Assembly: GCA_002026145.1 (NCBI GenBank)
Contig: MWOQ01000179.1
Location: 8,128-72,127 of the forward strand
Reading direction: 5' to 3'
Length of the DNA stretch: 64,000 nucleotides
Origin: Prochlorococcus sp. HOT208_60m_813L03
GTDB taxonomy: Bacteria; Cyanobacteriota; Cyanobacteriia; PCC-6307; Cyanobiaceae
A program made the position numbers and the translations under genes. Numbering within the stretch: the first letter of the stretch is position 1; every line of letters begins with the position of its first letter. Below, piece after piece: positions 53,860 to 63,803 of the stretch. Below the pieces are notes generated by a model that had not been told where the DNA came from, searched no databases, and worked only from the letters and a program-made list of their open reading frames with translations.

Positions 53860-53997
53860 TCAGCTCCAGTTTTTATCAGATTCAACAAAGCTATCCAATG
53901 TTTGCTGATTCCTGATTTCTTCCTCAAGAAGTTCTTCTTCTGATCTTTCTTCAATCTCAGATTTATAATCTTCTTTTAGTGTGGATTTGGTAGACAT
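53860..53997 (-). CDS. Acidic microprotein (45 aa)
   Basis: MSTKSTLKEDYKSEIEERSEEELLEEEIRNQQTLDSFVESDKNWS*. Confidence 0.5.
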   Translation of the reverse strand: MSTKSTLKEDYKSEIEERSEEELLEEEIRNQQTLDSFVESDKNWS

Positions 53998-54134
53998 TTG
54001 CTCATGACGACTACATCTATGTTCTAACTAGTTAGAGAGTCCATCCGACTTTTAAATATGTACGGTTTGAGGTACTCACTTATACGGAAAAAGGATCAAC
54101 AATTCAATTTGAAAATGGGTAAAATATTTGAAAT

Positions 54135-54236
54135 TTAGTTTGTTTTTCCTTTAAGAATCATCAGCAAAGGTAAACCGATAAGCATCAGACTCCCAACAAT
54201 TAATAAAAAGGTATTTATCTCGATTCCGATTTTCTT
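54135..54236 (-). pseudogene. Start-less 3' remnant of a small membrane-protein gene
   Basis: KKIGIEINTFLLIVGSLMLIGLPLLMILKGKTN*, beginning right after the TM0106 gene stop. Confidence 0.4.
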
Positions 54237-54238
54237 AG

Positions 54239-57200
54239 TTAGTGGTTATCCATAAAGCTTAAAATCTTACAAAATCTAGAAAGCTGCTTAGCCTCCTCAA
54301 CATTTTTCGGCATACAATTTGCCAATTCAGGAGAGCCAACAACAATTGATAAACATTGTGCTCTACTTATAGCAACATTTAATCTATTTGCATTCAAAAC
54401 AAATGACAATCCTCTTGGGGCATTTTCAGAATCGGTTGAGGCTAAAGAATAAATTGCAATAGGTTTTTCTAAACCTTGAAATTTATCTACAGTTCCAACA
54501 TCTGCTAAACCTTTTAACTCTTTTTGCAAAAGATTTTTTTGTGCATTATAAGGAGTAGTCACAAGAATATCTTCAGAAGTAATTACTTTTTTTTCTAAAT
54601 GCATTGTTTTATTTTTTGATCTAGAGGAACTAGAGATAAATTGATATTCAGACCCTATAATTTCTTTGATAAGATAATAAATATATTCTGCCTCTTCAAT
54701 AGAAAAACTTGAATTTTGACTTTTATGTTTAACAGGAAAAAACGCTAGCCCGCAAGTTTTTCCTGACCAAAAAACTTTATTATTGCTGTTGGTTAGTTCA
54801 GGTTCTAATTTACCTTCATAAAACATTTGAGAAACAACATTTGTTAAGGTTGGAGGCATTCTCCAACTCTTAGGAAGAAAGAAACCTTTATCAGCTGGGA
54901 TTATATCTTCGCCATTCATGAAATATTCCAAACAACTAAGGCCACTATCTCCAGGATGAGCAGCTTTCTTCGGTTGAGATAGTTGTTGTTGATCACCGAC
55001 TAGTAAAATATTTTTTGCACATTGACTCATATAAAGTAAATTTGCAGAAGATACTTGGCCAGATTCGTCAATAATTAAATAATCAAAAGGTTGACCAAAA
55101 TAATCCTGTTTAGATAAAGAAAAAACTGTAGCACCTAAAACATCAACATCATGCCTATATCTTGTTGATGAACTTATAGAACTATTTATGAAATAAGCCT
55201 CATCATCACGAATACTTGATGATGAACTTCTTTTATAAAAATTGCCTTTAATAAATTTTAATTTGCAAAAATTTTCAACTTTTAAAAGTATATTATTTAT
55301 AGCTTTATGACCATTAGAGCTAATAGCTACTCTTAAACCCTTCTCTATTAATTTACTAATTAATTCTGCAGTAAATGTAGTTTTGCCCGTTCCAGGAGGA
55401 CCTTGTATTGCTAAAGTTTTATCTTTGAGATCAAACAGAAAGTTACTAATATCATCACTATTATTTTTTTCATTTTTTAATTCTATATTTAATTCCCCAA
55501 TCCCTTTAATACTTTGTCTATCCAAAAAATTTAAAAAAGCTTTTGAAATTTTTGATGATCCATCATTCCAAGATTGTGCTTGAAAGGAACAATCTGATTC
55601 CATATTTTGAGATATCACTGAAGGGAATTTATAAATATTTATCTCTTGGTATTGATTGATTTTATATTTTTCAAGATTCGAAGCACTTATTTTTAAAGTA
55701 AAGTTTTTATTTTCTTCATCAAGAATACCTTTTAAAGTTAAGAAGTATTTACCGTCATCTTTTTTTATTGCTTCTTCAATAAGTAAATTACTTTCAGTAG
55801 TTTTAATTGGGGCTAAACAAAAATCATTTTTGAAGTTCAAATCTGATTGTATTTTTATAACCTGATTTTCATTAAATGAATAAACAAGTCCTAATGATTT
55901 TTTTATCTGTATTATCTTTTGAAGTTTACAATTAACTATAACTTCACCATCAGAAGTTAATTCTTCAGGAGTCTTATCGTTTAATCTTGCAAAAAATTCC
56001 CAAAATTCCACCCTTTCTTCACTTGGATGAAAAGGAATAAGTTCAGAAATCAATTTTCTTAAATATTCTTTATTTTTAAGTTCATTTAATTTGTAATTTT
56101 CCCTAAAATTTTTTGCTTGCTCATCTAGAACATTTATTTTTATTTCCTGAACAGATAAATTTTCATTATTGTCAGGTTTGACTTTATTACTATTAGATTT
56201 TAATTCTTTATATTCAGGTAAATCTAAAAGAAAATCTCTCAACTTCTGAGTACTATCACAATCTTGCTTATTATAAGTCTCTATAGAATCAAGTATTTTT
56301 TCGTCTTTTAAATAAATCCAGTTTGCATATTGTATTATTGAGTCACCTGCAGTGCTAATTTCTTCCTTTCGTAAATCTTTTAAATAAATTCTTTCCACAT
56401 ACTTTATGGAGTAACTTCCTGAACCAAGTATGATTGCATTTTTAGTTATCGGAAATAAATCAATAAGATATTCACTTCTTAACCAATTATCAATAGTTTC
56501 AATATATATTTGGTGCTTAGCAGCTAAATTTCCAAGTGCATTTTTTTCATAATTACCATAATGAAATAACTTACTGCTTGGATAATTTATTTTTCTCTCT
56601 TCTATAAATTTTACAAAGTCACTAAATGCTTTTTTTTCTTCATCCGTATTATGAGCCCAAAATGACTTATAAATATATTTTCCTTCTTGATCTTTAAAAG
56701 TAACACCAATAAGATATTCAAGTTTTTCTGCTGTTAAAGGATCAGGATAACCCTCAAAGTCAAAGAACATATCACCTTCATTTTTTATTGGGAGTAGTTT
56801 TATGCCTTTTTCTTGTTCATTGATAGGTCTTATCTCATAAGCTGGATTATCCTCGGATGTGGTTCTCACTTGGAGAGTAGCTTGACTTTTAAAACGTTTT
56901 ATTAAACCATTATTTAAATCAACTTTATGTTTGTTCAAATCAATATTCTTTAAATCAAAAATTGTTTTTATTCCAGCTTCCATAAATTTTTTTCTCTGAT
57001 CCATTCGCATTGCGTGCACTTGAATAATATCTCCTTTTTCTTTTAATTTTTTTTGAACAAATTTATTCCATTTTCCATGATCACCTGGAAGGTACTCTAA
57101 TGGGTCATCGATAGAAAATTTAGATAAGAATTTCTCGTATTTATCTACAATATTTTTATACCAATCATAGTAATCTTTAGTTTTAAAAGTCTTGAATTTT

Positions 57201-57706
57201 CCTCCTCCTAGGTGCAAATGAAAATTTTCAGGAATCTTTCCTAGTACATCATTAAGTAATTCACAATAAGCAATTGACTGTAAAATATAAGAGGGTTTTT
57301 CAAAAGTAGCTAATTTTATTTCTACTGGTTCATAAGAAAAATTACCAAGATCAGATTTACTAGATACTTTCATCAAATAATCTGCTACTCCATATAACTT
57401 TTCTGAATTAAGGAATGTCTGGCTAACAAAATCGTAAGCTTTATTTAATGTTAATAAAGTATTTTCATAAGACTTATCACTAATTTCTCCGTTTAGATGA
57501 CAAACATCTAAATTTTTAGCTTGCAGGATTTCACCAAATTTAGCCTCATATTTTTTACCCATTTCTTGTAAGTATCTCGACATTTCATCACTTGCTGGAT
57601 AATTTATTTCTGATGAAGAATTTTTTGCATGCAAATCTAGTGATGCGCTTAATTGTGATTTAGAAAATGTTGAAATATTTGTTGGTGTATATTTTTTAAA
57701 TTTCAT
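54239..57706 (-). CDS. TM0106-family RecB-like nuclease + RNase H-like exonuclease + Dna2/Upf1-like SF1 helicase
   Basis: GVADYL..YEPVEIK..LQ...Y (PD-(D/E)xK), FFDFEG and YNKQDC (exonuclease), QGPPGTGKT, IDESGQ, GDQQQL, TVDKFQG, RLNVAISRA. Confidence 0.88.
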   Translation of the reverse strand: MKFKKYTPTNISTFSKSQLSASLDLHAKNSSSEINYPASDEMSRYLQEMGKKYEAKFGEILQAKNLDVCHLNGEISDKSYENTLLTLNKAYDFVSQTFLNSEKLYGVADYLMKVSSKSDLGNFSYEPVEIKLATFEKPSYILQSIAYCELLNDVLGKIPENFHLHLGGGKFKTFKTKDYYDWYKNIVDKYEKFLSKFSIDDPLEYLPGDHGKWNKFVQKKLKEKGDIIQVHAMRMDQRKKFMEAGIKTIFDLKNIDLNKHKVDLNNGLIKRFKSQATLQVRTTSEDNPAYEIRPINEQEKGIKLLPIKNEGDMFFDFEGYPDPLTAEKLEYLIGVTFKDQEGKYIYKSFWAHNTDEEKKAFSDFVKFIEERKINYPSSKLFHYGNYEKNALGNLAAKHQIYIETIDNWLRSEYLIDLFPITKNAIILGSGSYSIKYVERIYLKDLRKEEISTAGDSIIQYANWIYLKDEKILDSIETYNKQDCDSTQKLRDFLLDLPEYKELKSNSNKVKPDNNENLSVQEIKINVLDEQAKNFRENYKLNELKNKEYLRKLISELIPFHPSEERVEFWEFFARLNDKTPEELTSDGEVIVNCKLQKIIQIKKSLGLVYSFNENQVIKIQSDLNFKNDFCLAPIKTTESNLLIEEAIKKDDGKYFLTLKGILDEENKNFTLKISASNLEKYKINQYQEINIYKFPSVISQNMESDCSFQAQSWNDGSSKISKAFLNFLDRQSIKGIGELNIELKNEKNNSDDISNFLFDLKDKTLAIQGPPGTGKTTFTAELISKLIEKGLRVAISSNGHKAINNILLKVENFCKLKFIKGNFYKRSSSSSIRDDEAYFINSSISSSTRYRHDVDVLGATVFSLSKQDYFGQPFDYLIIDESGQVSSANLLYMSQCAKNILLVGDQQQLSQPKKAAHPGDSGLSCLEYFMNGEDIIPADKGFFLPKSWRMPPTLTNVVSQMFYEGKLEPELTNSNNKVFWSGKTCGLAFFPVKHKSQNSSFSIEEAEYIYYLIKEIIGSEYQFISSSSRSKNKTMHLEKKVITSEDILVTTPYNAQKNLLQKELKGLADVGTVDKFQGLEKPIAIYSLASTDSENAPRGLSFVLNANRLNVAISRAQCLSIVVGSPELANCMPKNVEEAKQLSRFCKILSFMDNH

Positions 57707-57826
57707 TTTCTAATTGATTCTTCAGTTCAACAAATTTTCAATATTATAAATTTATTTAATTAGCATAAAATTAATTTGTTATTTTTTCTTTCATTCAAGG
57801 CGAATCAAGATATTCTTTATCTTCTT

Positions 57827-58288
57827 TTAAGAATACTTTTGATAATTCTTTGGAAAACTTTTTATTCCTTCTATCTCATAAAATTTTTCATCTCCTTTAA
57901 TTAAATATACACTAACTTTTTTGTATACTTTTTTATTAAAATATCCATTTCTTTGATCTATTGAAAAAAGACTAGTCGGAATATCTCTAATCCAATTCAA
58001 ATAATTTACTACTTCCGAATCGATAGAAATATATGAATACTCTTTGTTTATATAATTCATCCAATCAAAATGATCGATAGATACCGTTAAATCAAATACA
58101 TATCCGTTGTAATCTCCACGACACCAACCTGCTGATATAGAGCATCCTACTGGAGGTATCTTAGGGATATAAATTTCTATTGGACTACTTACTATCCAGT
58201 TAAAAAAGTTTTTCCTTTCAGGTTCTTTTATGGAAGAATTGTAAATCCAATTCTCAAATTCTTTTCTCTGCGAAGAAAAAGCAAACAT
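57827..58288 (-). CDS. Hypothetical protein (153 aa)
   Basis: ORF track; no family recognised. Confidence 0.6.
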   Translation of the reverse strand: MFAFSSQRKEFENWIYNSSIKEPERKNFFNWIVSSPIEIYIPKIPPVGCSISAGWCRGDYNGYVFDLTVSIDHFDWMNYINKEYSYISIDSEVVNYLNWIRDIPTSLFSIDQRNGYFNKKVYKKVSVYLIKGDEKFYEIEGIKSFPKNYQKYS

Positions 58289-58422
58289 AAATAAATAGAA
58301 AAAACTTATTTTTTTAAGAGTAGTAAAAATAATTTTTTGGGAAAGTAAATATTTAGATATGCCCGGATAAATAGAAAATAATATTCAAATCAGTTACATC
58401 TAAAGAAGTCAATTTTTATATT

Positions 58423-58749
58423 ATGGATAGAAAAACTGTAATTCCTCCTGAAATAGAACTGGAATTAAAAAAATTTGAAATTAAAATTTCCAAATTAAAC
58501 AAAGAAGAGATGTTTAAAGAACTCATGTTACTTAAATTTGATTCAGAAAATAATTTTTATTTTATTAGGCAGTACTTAAGTAAGCATGGAATTAAAATAT
58601 CCAGACAAATAATACAAAGTCATAACACAGATCATGTAGTAATAGCTTTTGGATACCTATCTGAGAAAATTTATAAATTACTTAAAAAAAATATATTTCC
58701 AGTAGTTAAAATTGAATCAAAAAGATTAATAGATTTATTAAAGAGTTGA
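58423..58749 (+). CDS. Hypothetical protein (108 aa)
   Basis: ORF track. Confidence 0.6.
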   Translation: MDRKTVIPPEIELELKKFEIKISKLNKEEMFKELMLLKFDSENNFYFIRQYLSKHGIKISRQIIQSHNTDHVVIAFGYLSEKIYKLLKKNIFPVVKIESKRLIDLLKS

Positions 58750-58755
58750 TTAACC

Positions 58756-59501
58756 ATGAAATTTAATAGACTAATTTTTTCACATCATTTTTGGTTTTTC
58801 TGCTTTCTATGCCCTATGCGATATTTGCAAAGAATAATAAAGATGTTTTCAATTTAGATAGATCTAGAGATCTCCTTTTAGACGGTTATATACAAAATGA
58901 GTTTGATAATCATCATCTGGCAATTGAATATTATACTGAGGCAATACGACTCAACCCAAACAATTTTTACGCATTTTTAAACAGAGCATTTTCAAGATAT
59001 CAGATTAAAGATAATTCTGGAGCTTGGGATGATTTGAATATATCATTAGAAATTAATCCTAATGATGGTATTGCTTTATATAATCGAGCAATTGTGAATT
59101 GGAAACTTGGTCATCAATTAAGTTCTATGAAAGATTATTCAAAAGCAATTAATAAAGATATTGAATTAAAAAATGCATATGCGGTGAGAGGTATTCTTAA
59201 ATCAAATATTGGTGATGCTGTAGGTGCTTGTCCTGATTGGAAGAAAGCAATGGAAAACAAAAGTGAAAGAGCAACTTTGTGGGTAAAAGAAAACTGTTTA
59301 CCAAATATTTCTGAAAATTTTCGAAAGAAAACAGAAAATAAAGTTCTTATTGCAAATGCACGGAGAAAATATGCGGCTGGCGAAATTAGAGAATCATGTA
59401 ATTATTATGAACAAGCAAAAATGAATGGTTATAAAGCAAATCACTTAAGTTGGAAATTAAAACTTAGCTTTGTTACTGACCAAATTTGCTTTTTCTTATA
59501 G
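58756..59501 (+). CDS. Tetratricopeptide-repeat protein; signal peptide apparently frameshifted in a T6 run
   Basis: AIEYYTEAIRLNPN, A.LNRA, DYSKAI TPR motifs; adding one T at 58775-58780 joins ATG 58756 to give MKFNRLIFFTSFLVFLLSMPYAIFA. Confidence 0.75.
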
Positions 59502-59998
59502 GTTTGATAAATAAAAATTTTAACTAATTTATTGATATCCAAGGTGTATGATATCCCAGGCAAAGTTTTGAAAATATTCCTTATGCGCCATTTTTATAAT
59601 CACATATCATTTAATATTTTCACTGATCTAAAAGTAAATTTTGATTCTCAAGTATTTTTGTAATTAATTCCTTTGATTTAGATTCAGGAATAAAAAATAT
59701 TTCTTTTGTTTTTTTTTAATATTTTGATAATTCATTATTAAATTATTTAAAATTCATAAACTAAATAATCTTGTTTATACATTTCAACCGACAAATCCAA
59801 CACCCTTAGATAATACAAATTTACTGCTTGCGAAGCAGAATTTTATTTGGCAATATTAGTAACCGACTTCAAAATTGGCACATCATAACTAGATGTTTCC
59901 CTTAATGGCCAAGAAGAACTGAAGGAAAAGGTCAGGGATTAAATAATTTTTCTTTTGGCTCAGCTGTTAAAAAGTTCCTACACACATACCCATAGAAA

Positions 59999-60781
59999 AT
60001 GAAATTTTTAAAAAATATCAGGTCGCTACCTGCCGATTCTCTAAGAATTATTCGTCGTACTCCTCCACTTGTTTTTGCAATGGCAGTATTATCTCTTGGC
60101 GGTTTTATTGGAGCATCAACTGTTCTTGTCAGAGGTTTTCGGATGGTTGAAAATTCAATCACTGTTACTGGTGCTAGTACGGAAAGTTTTGAAAGTGATA
60201 TTGCTAAATGGTCAGTTCAGGTAAGGGCTACTGGTAAAACTCAAATTGACTCTTTTAACAAGCTCAAAGAATCTATGAAAAAAACTATTAATTTCCTTAA
60301 AGTAAATGGAATTGAAGATGGTATTAAACAAGAAGTATATCTTGGACCAGCGAGCATCAAGGAATATGAAACCAAGCATCCAAAGACAAATGAAATCATA
60401 AGAACGGAATGGATCACCTACCAGAGTATCGAGATAAAGAGCAATGACGTTTATCGTGTTCAAAAGACCCACAGTAAGATTACTCAACTTCTTGGAGAAG
60501 GTGTATTTGTAAGACCAAGCTCTCCAGAATTTACATATTCAAAGCTTGCGGACAAAAGAGTAGACATGCTCGCTAAGGCTGCAAAAGATGCACGCATTAG
60601 AGCTGAAGCTATTGCTCTTCAGGCAGGATCTGAAGTTGGAGGTTTGAAGAAAGTTAACACTGGAGTATTTCAGATTACAGTTCCAAATTCCACTAGAGTA
60701 AGCAGCTGGGGATCTTATGACACTACAACAATAAAGAAAGATATTACTGCTGTAATGGGAGTAACTTTCGCTGTTAAATAA
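59999..60781 (+). CDS. SIMPL-domain (DUF541) protein
   Basis: N-terminal TM, ITVTGAS, A.KDAR.RAEAIA, GVFQIT...YDTTTI.K. Confidence 0.85.
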   Translation: MKFLKNIRSLPADSLRIIRRTPPLVFAMAVLSLGGFIGASTVLVRGFRMVENSITVTGASTESFESDIAKWSVQVRATGKTQIDSFNKLKESMKKTINFLKVNGIEDGIKQEVYLGPASIKEYETKHPKTNEIIRTEWITYQSIEIKSNDVYRVQKTHSKITQLLGEGVFVRPSSPEFTYSKLADKRVDMLAKAAKDARIRAEAIALQAGSEVGGLKKVNTGVFQITVPNSTRVSSWGSYDTTTIKKDITAVMGVTFAVK

Positions 60782-60876
60782 ATTTCTTAGGTAGTCTTCT
60801 TTTGCCTTGCAGGATCATCAATAAAGGTAATTCAATAAGCATAAGCTCCCATCAATTAACAAAAAAGTATTCAGAT

Positions 60877-61068
60877 TCATTTAACCATCCATTTGGAGTT
60901 ATCCCAATTAAGGGGTATCCCTTTTTTAATTGGTTCTTTTTTCATATCATTCATCTCTTTTCTGATTTTGTTGTAATATTCTAACTCTTCAGGATCATCA
61001 GAACCGAGATTATAATTCATTGTCGCTGCAAGATAAATTCTGTGCATACGATAAGAAGATAGTGCCAA
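60877..61068 (-). CDS. Hypothetical protein (63 aa)
   Basis: ORF track. Confidence 0.6.
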   Translation of the reverse strand: MALSSYRMHRIYLAATMNYNLGSDDPEELEYYNKIRKEMNDMKKEPIKKGIPLNWDNSKWMVK

Positions 61069-61207
61069 AATAAAATTTTATTTTTATTATATCTGGATTA
61101 CTTAAAGTTTATTTGATAATCTTTTTGTTCAGATAATTTAATTTTTCAGAAATTCTTTTGTTGAATTAAAACAGGAAATATCTTTTTTAGAATCGATTAA
61201 ACAAAAA

Positions 61208-62521
61208 TTATTTAGATAATTCTTTTGATAAAGATTGAGCTATTTTTTTTGCAAGTAAGGGGGGTACTGCATTGCCAACTTGAAGATATTGCTCTCTCAT
61301 ATTTCCTAAGAATATAAAATTATCTGGAAAACTTTGTAATCTAGCCGCTTCTCGGACAGAAAGTGTTCTTTCAAAATATGGATGAACATATTCATAACCA
61401 TCTATGCCTATGTGAGCAACTACTGTCCATGAAGGCTCATCAACTGGCAAGCGTCTAATTCTATTGTAAATAATTTTTGACTTGAATAATTTTGAAATCT
61501 CTAGAGTTTTAAAAACCTCTTGATCTATTTCACTTAAACGTTGAGAAGGTTTAAGAAACTTGAAAGCTCTTTTTGCATGAATATTAGAAATTCTGCAGAT
61601 ATTGTTGTAAACATATTCTGAAGAATTCCTCAAAAGAATTTGATAGCTTGAAAGTTGTTTAAATTTGGAGTATTTCATTTTTGAAATCCTCCAATCATCG
61701 CTAATAGAGGGCAAATCACTTATGGCTTCATCTACGGTGATCTTTAAATCTTGCGATCCAGAAGGAAATTGAAATCCAGTTCCATCTCTAATGCCAACAA
61801 CAAATAACCTCTTTCTATTTTGAGGAATTCCATTATTAGAAGCTGAAATTAGGGAATGGAAAATACTATAAGAAGAATTTTTAAAGTTAGATAAAAATTC
61901 ATCAAAAATTTTACCCTCATATTGTGTTTTAAATCCTGGGACGTTTTCCATTACAAACGCTTTAGGTTTAAAAAAATCTACGTATTTTATAAAATTCATA
62001 TACTCAAAATTTCTAACATCATCTTTAATATTTCTTTTTAAAGACCTTATTTTACCTCGACCTAATGATGAGAAAGTTTGGCAAGGAGGCCCACCAATTA
62101 TTACGTCTATATTTTTGTTCAATCTTCTTTTTAATTCGTTAAGGTCGAGGTTATTAATGTCTGCGCAAAAAGTTTTTGCTTCTGGGAAATTGAGGTCATG
62201 AGTTTTTGCATAAATTGGTATTTTTTCAATCCCCCCAACAATTTTGAACCCACTTTGTCTAAATCCTGAACTGAGACCACCAGCACCACAATAAAGATCA
62301 AGTACATTTAAACCGTGAGGATCTTTTGATATTTTTGGAATCAAATCTTCAGGATGTGATCTAGCAAAATCGTATAGATAATTTTTCTTTTTTAAGATTT
62401 TATTAAGGCTTTCTATATCTATATTATTAAAATCTGCTAAAGTACTTCTTTTTAGAGTAGTCGTATCAATATCTAATAAATTTGATACTTCAAGAATACC
62501 AAGTTTATCTATTTTTTTCAT
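61208..62521 (-). CDS. dcm: DNA (cytosine-5)-methyltransferase with N-terminal extension
   Basis: Motif I VLDLYCGAGG, IV GGPPCQ, VI ENV, VIII QNRKR, IX LSVREAARLQSFPD, X VGNAVPP. Confidence 0.95.
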   Translation of the reverse strand: MKKIDKLGILEVSNLLDIDTTTLKRSTLADFNNIDIESLNKILKKKNYLYDFARSHPEDLIPKISKDPHGLNVLDLYCGAGGLSSGFRQSGFKIVGGIEKIPIYAKTHDLNFPEAKTFCADINNLDLNELKRRLNKNIDVIIGGPPCQTFSSLGRGKIRSLKRNIKDDVRNFEYMNFIKYVDFFKPKAFVMENVPGFKTQYEGKIFDEFLSNFKNSSYSIFHSLISASNNGIPQNRKRLFVVGIRDGTGFQFPSGSQDLKITVDEAISDLPSISDDWRISKMKYSKFKQLSSYQILLRNSSEYVYNNICRISNIHAKRAFKFLKPSQRLSEIDQEVFKTLEISKLFKSKIIYNRIRRLPVDEPSWTVVAHIGIDGYEYVHPYFERTLSVREAARLQSFPDNFIFLGNMREQYLQVGNAVPPLLAKKIAQSLSKELSK

Positions 62522-63803
62522 AATGATATGTGCAATATCTTTTTCTTTTTAAACCGTTAGTTATAAATCCTTTAAATTCATAACCATCCCAATATTTAAC
62601 TTTATTGCCTGTGATCTCAGAAACATAATCTAACATTGCTTTTGTAAATAAATTGCTGGACTTGAAATTGTTTTTCTTGACAATACCATCATCAATATAA
62701 ATATGTCCCTCTTCATATAAATCATCGCATCCAAATTTACACATTGGTATTACAACATTTAAATCTTTTTTTTCAATCTTCGTGCAACTTTTTCTTGGTT
62801 TAAGATGAGCCATCCAAACAAATCTTTTATTCATACTTCTACCACAAACCGCACAATCTATATTGGAGCTGTCATTATCAAAATACTTTGCTCTTAATTG
62901 ACTTTGTTCTACTCTTTGCTTTTTTTTATATACTCTTTCTAATTCTTCATAATTATTTTCTAAATTGGATGATTTATATATCTCTATATTTTTAATATTT
63001 TTGCTCGTTTGGTCAAATAAATTGTTGGTCAAATAGTAACGATTAATAATCTCCTCGATATAGATGTTTTGCTCATTAATTTCAATATTAGCTGGTTGTT
63101 TGTCATTCAATGGTTGAGGGAGTATTTTTATTAATTCTTTTTTTGTTATTGTTCCACAAATTGTTTTGTTATCATTTTTTTTAATAAGTATTAAATAATG
63201 ATCAAGAACTTCATTACAAGCTTCGGCAAAAGGTGTTTCTGATTTCTTGCCTGTAAAACACCAACTCATATCTAATGATATTTTTGACATATTTTTAATT
63301 TCTTCTTCCATCCAAGAATATATCCTGTTGTGTTGATTTTTTGAAATTTTTAGATTATCAAATCTATTTATAGATTCATTTATGTATTCAAAAAATTTTT
63401 GCTCTTCTGTATCAAATTTATAATTTTTTATTTTTTCATAAGAGATCATTATTTCTTGCATTATATAAATTGAGTGATAGAACCAGACGGCTACTTTTAC
63501 ATTATTTTGATCTTTTTCAGCTCCATAGTGATATTGTTGATTTATTTTTAAGTATTTCCTTCCTTTGTTGTTAGTTGTCCAAATTTTCAAAGGGTGATTA
63601 TTGTTATTTGCGAGTTCAATCTCTGTAGGATTATTTTTGTCGCCTATTTCAAAACCCCAATTTTGAGTGGTAGCTTTTATTTGTCCCCACTCAAGAGCAT
63701 GATCTTTTTTTAGTCCCTTCCAATCTTCATAGGGACTTTGTATTGCTAAAAAATACCTTCTTAGTTGAGAGAAAATTAATTTTCTATATTTAATACTATA
63801 CAT
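62505..63803 (-). CDS. Putative HNH (zinc-binding beta-beta-alpha-Me) restriction endonuclease
   Basis: C-terminal R.EQS.LR...CAVCG...AHLKPR..C...MCKFGCDDLYEEG; overlaps both MTases. Confidence 0.75.
   Translation of the reverse strand: MYSIKYRKLIFSQLRRYFLAIQSPYEDWKGLKKDHALEWGQIKATTQNWGFEIGDKNNPTEIELANNNNHPLKIWTTNNKGRKYLKINQQYHYGAEKDQNNVKVAVWFYHSIYIMQEIMISYEKIKNYKFDTEEQKFFEYINESINRFDNLKISKNQHNRIYSWMEEEIKNMSKISLDMSWCFTGKKSETPFAEACNEVLDHYLILIKKNDNKTICGTITKKELIKILPQPLNDKQPANIEINEQNIYIEEIINRYYLTNNLFDQTSKNIKNIEIYKSSNLENNYEELERVYKKKQRVEQSQLRAKYFDNDSSNIDCAVCGRSMNKRFVWMAHLKPRKSCTKIEKKDLNVVIPMCKFGCDDLYEEGHIYIDDGIVKKNNFKSSNLFTKAMLDYVSEITGNKVKYWDGYEFKGFITNGLKRKRYCTYHYEKNR

Noticed and set aside
59503..59940. 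Coding remnants or structured RNA between the TPR and SIMPL genes
   Set aside because: Only short interrupted frames and one small hairpin; not enough to call.
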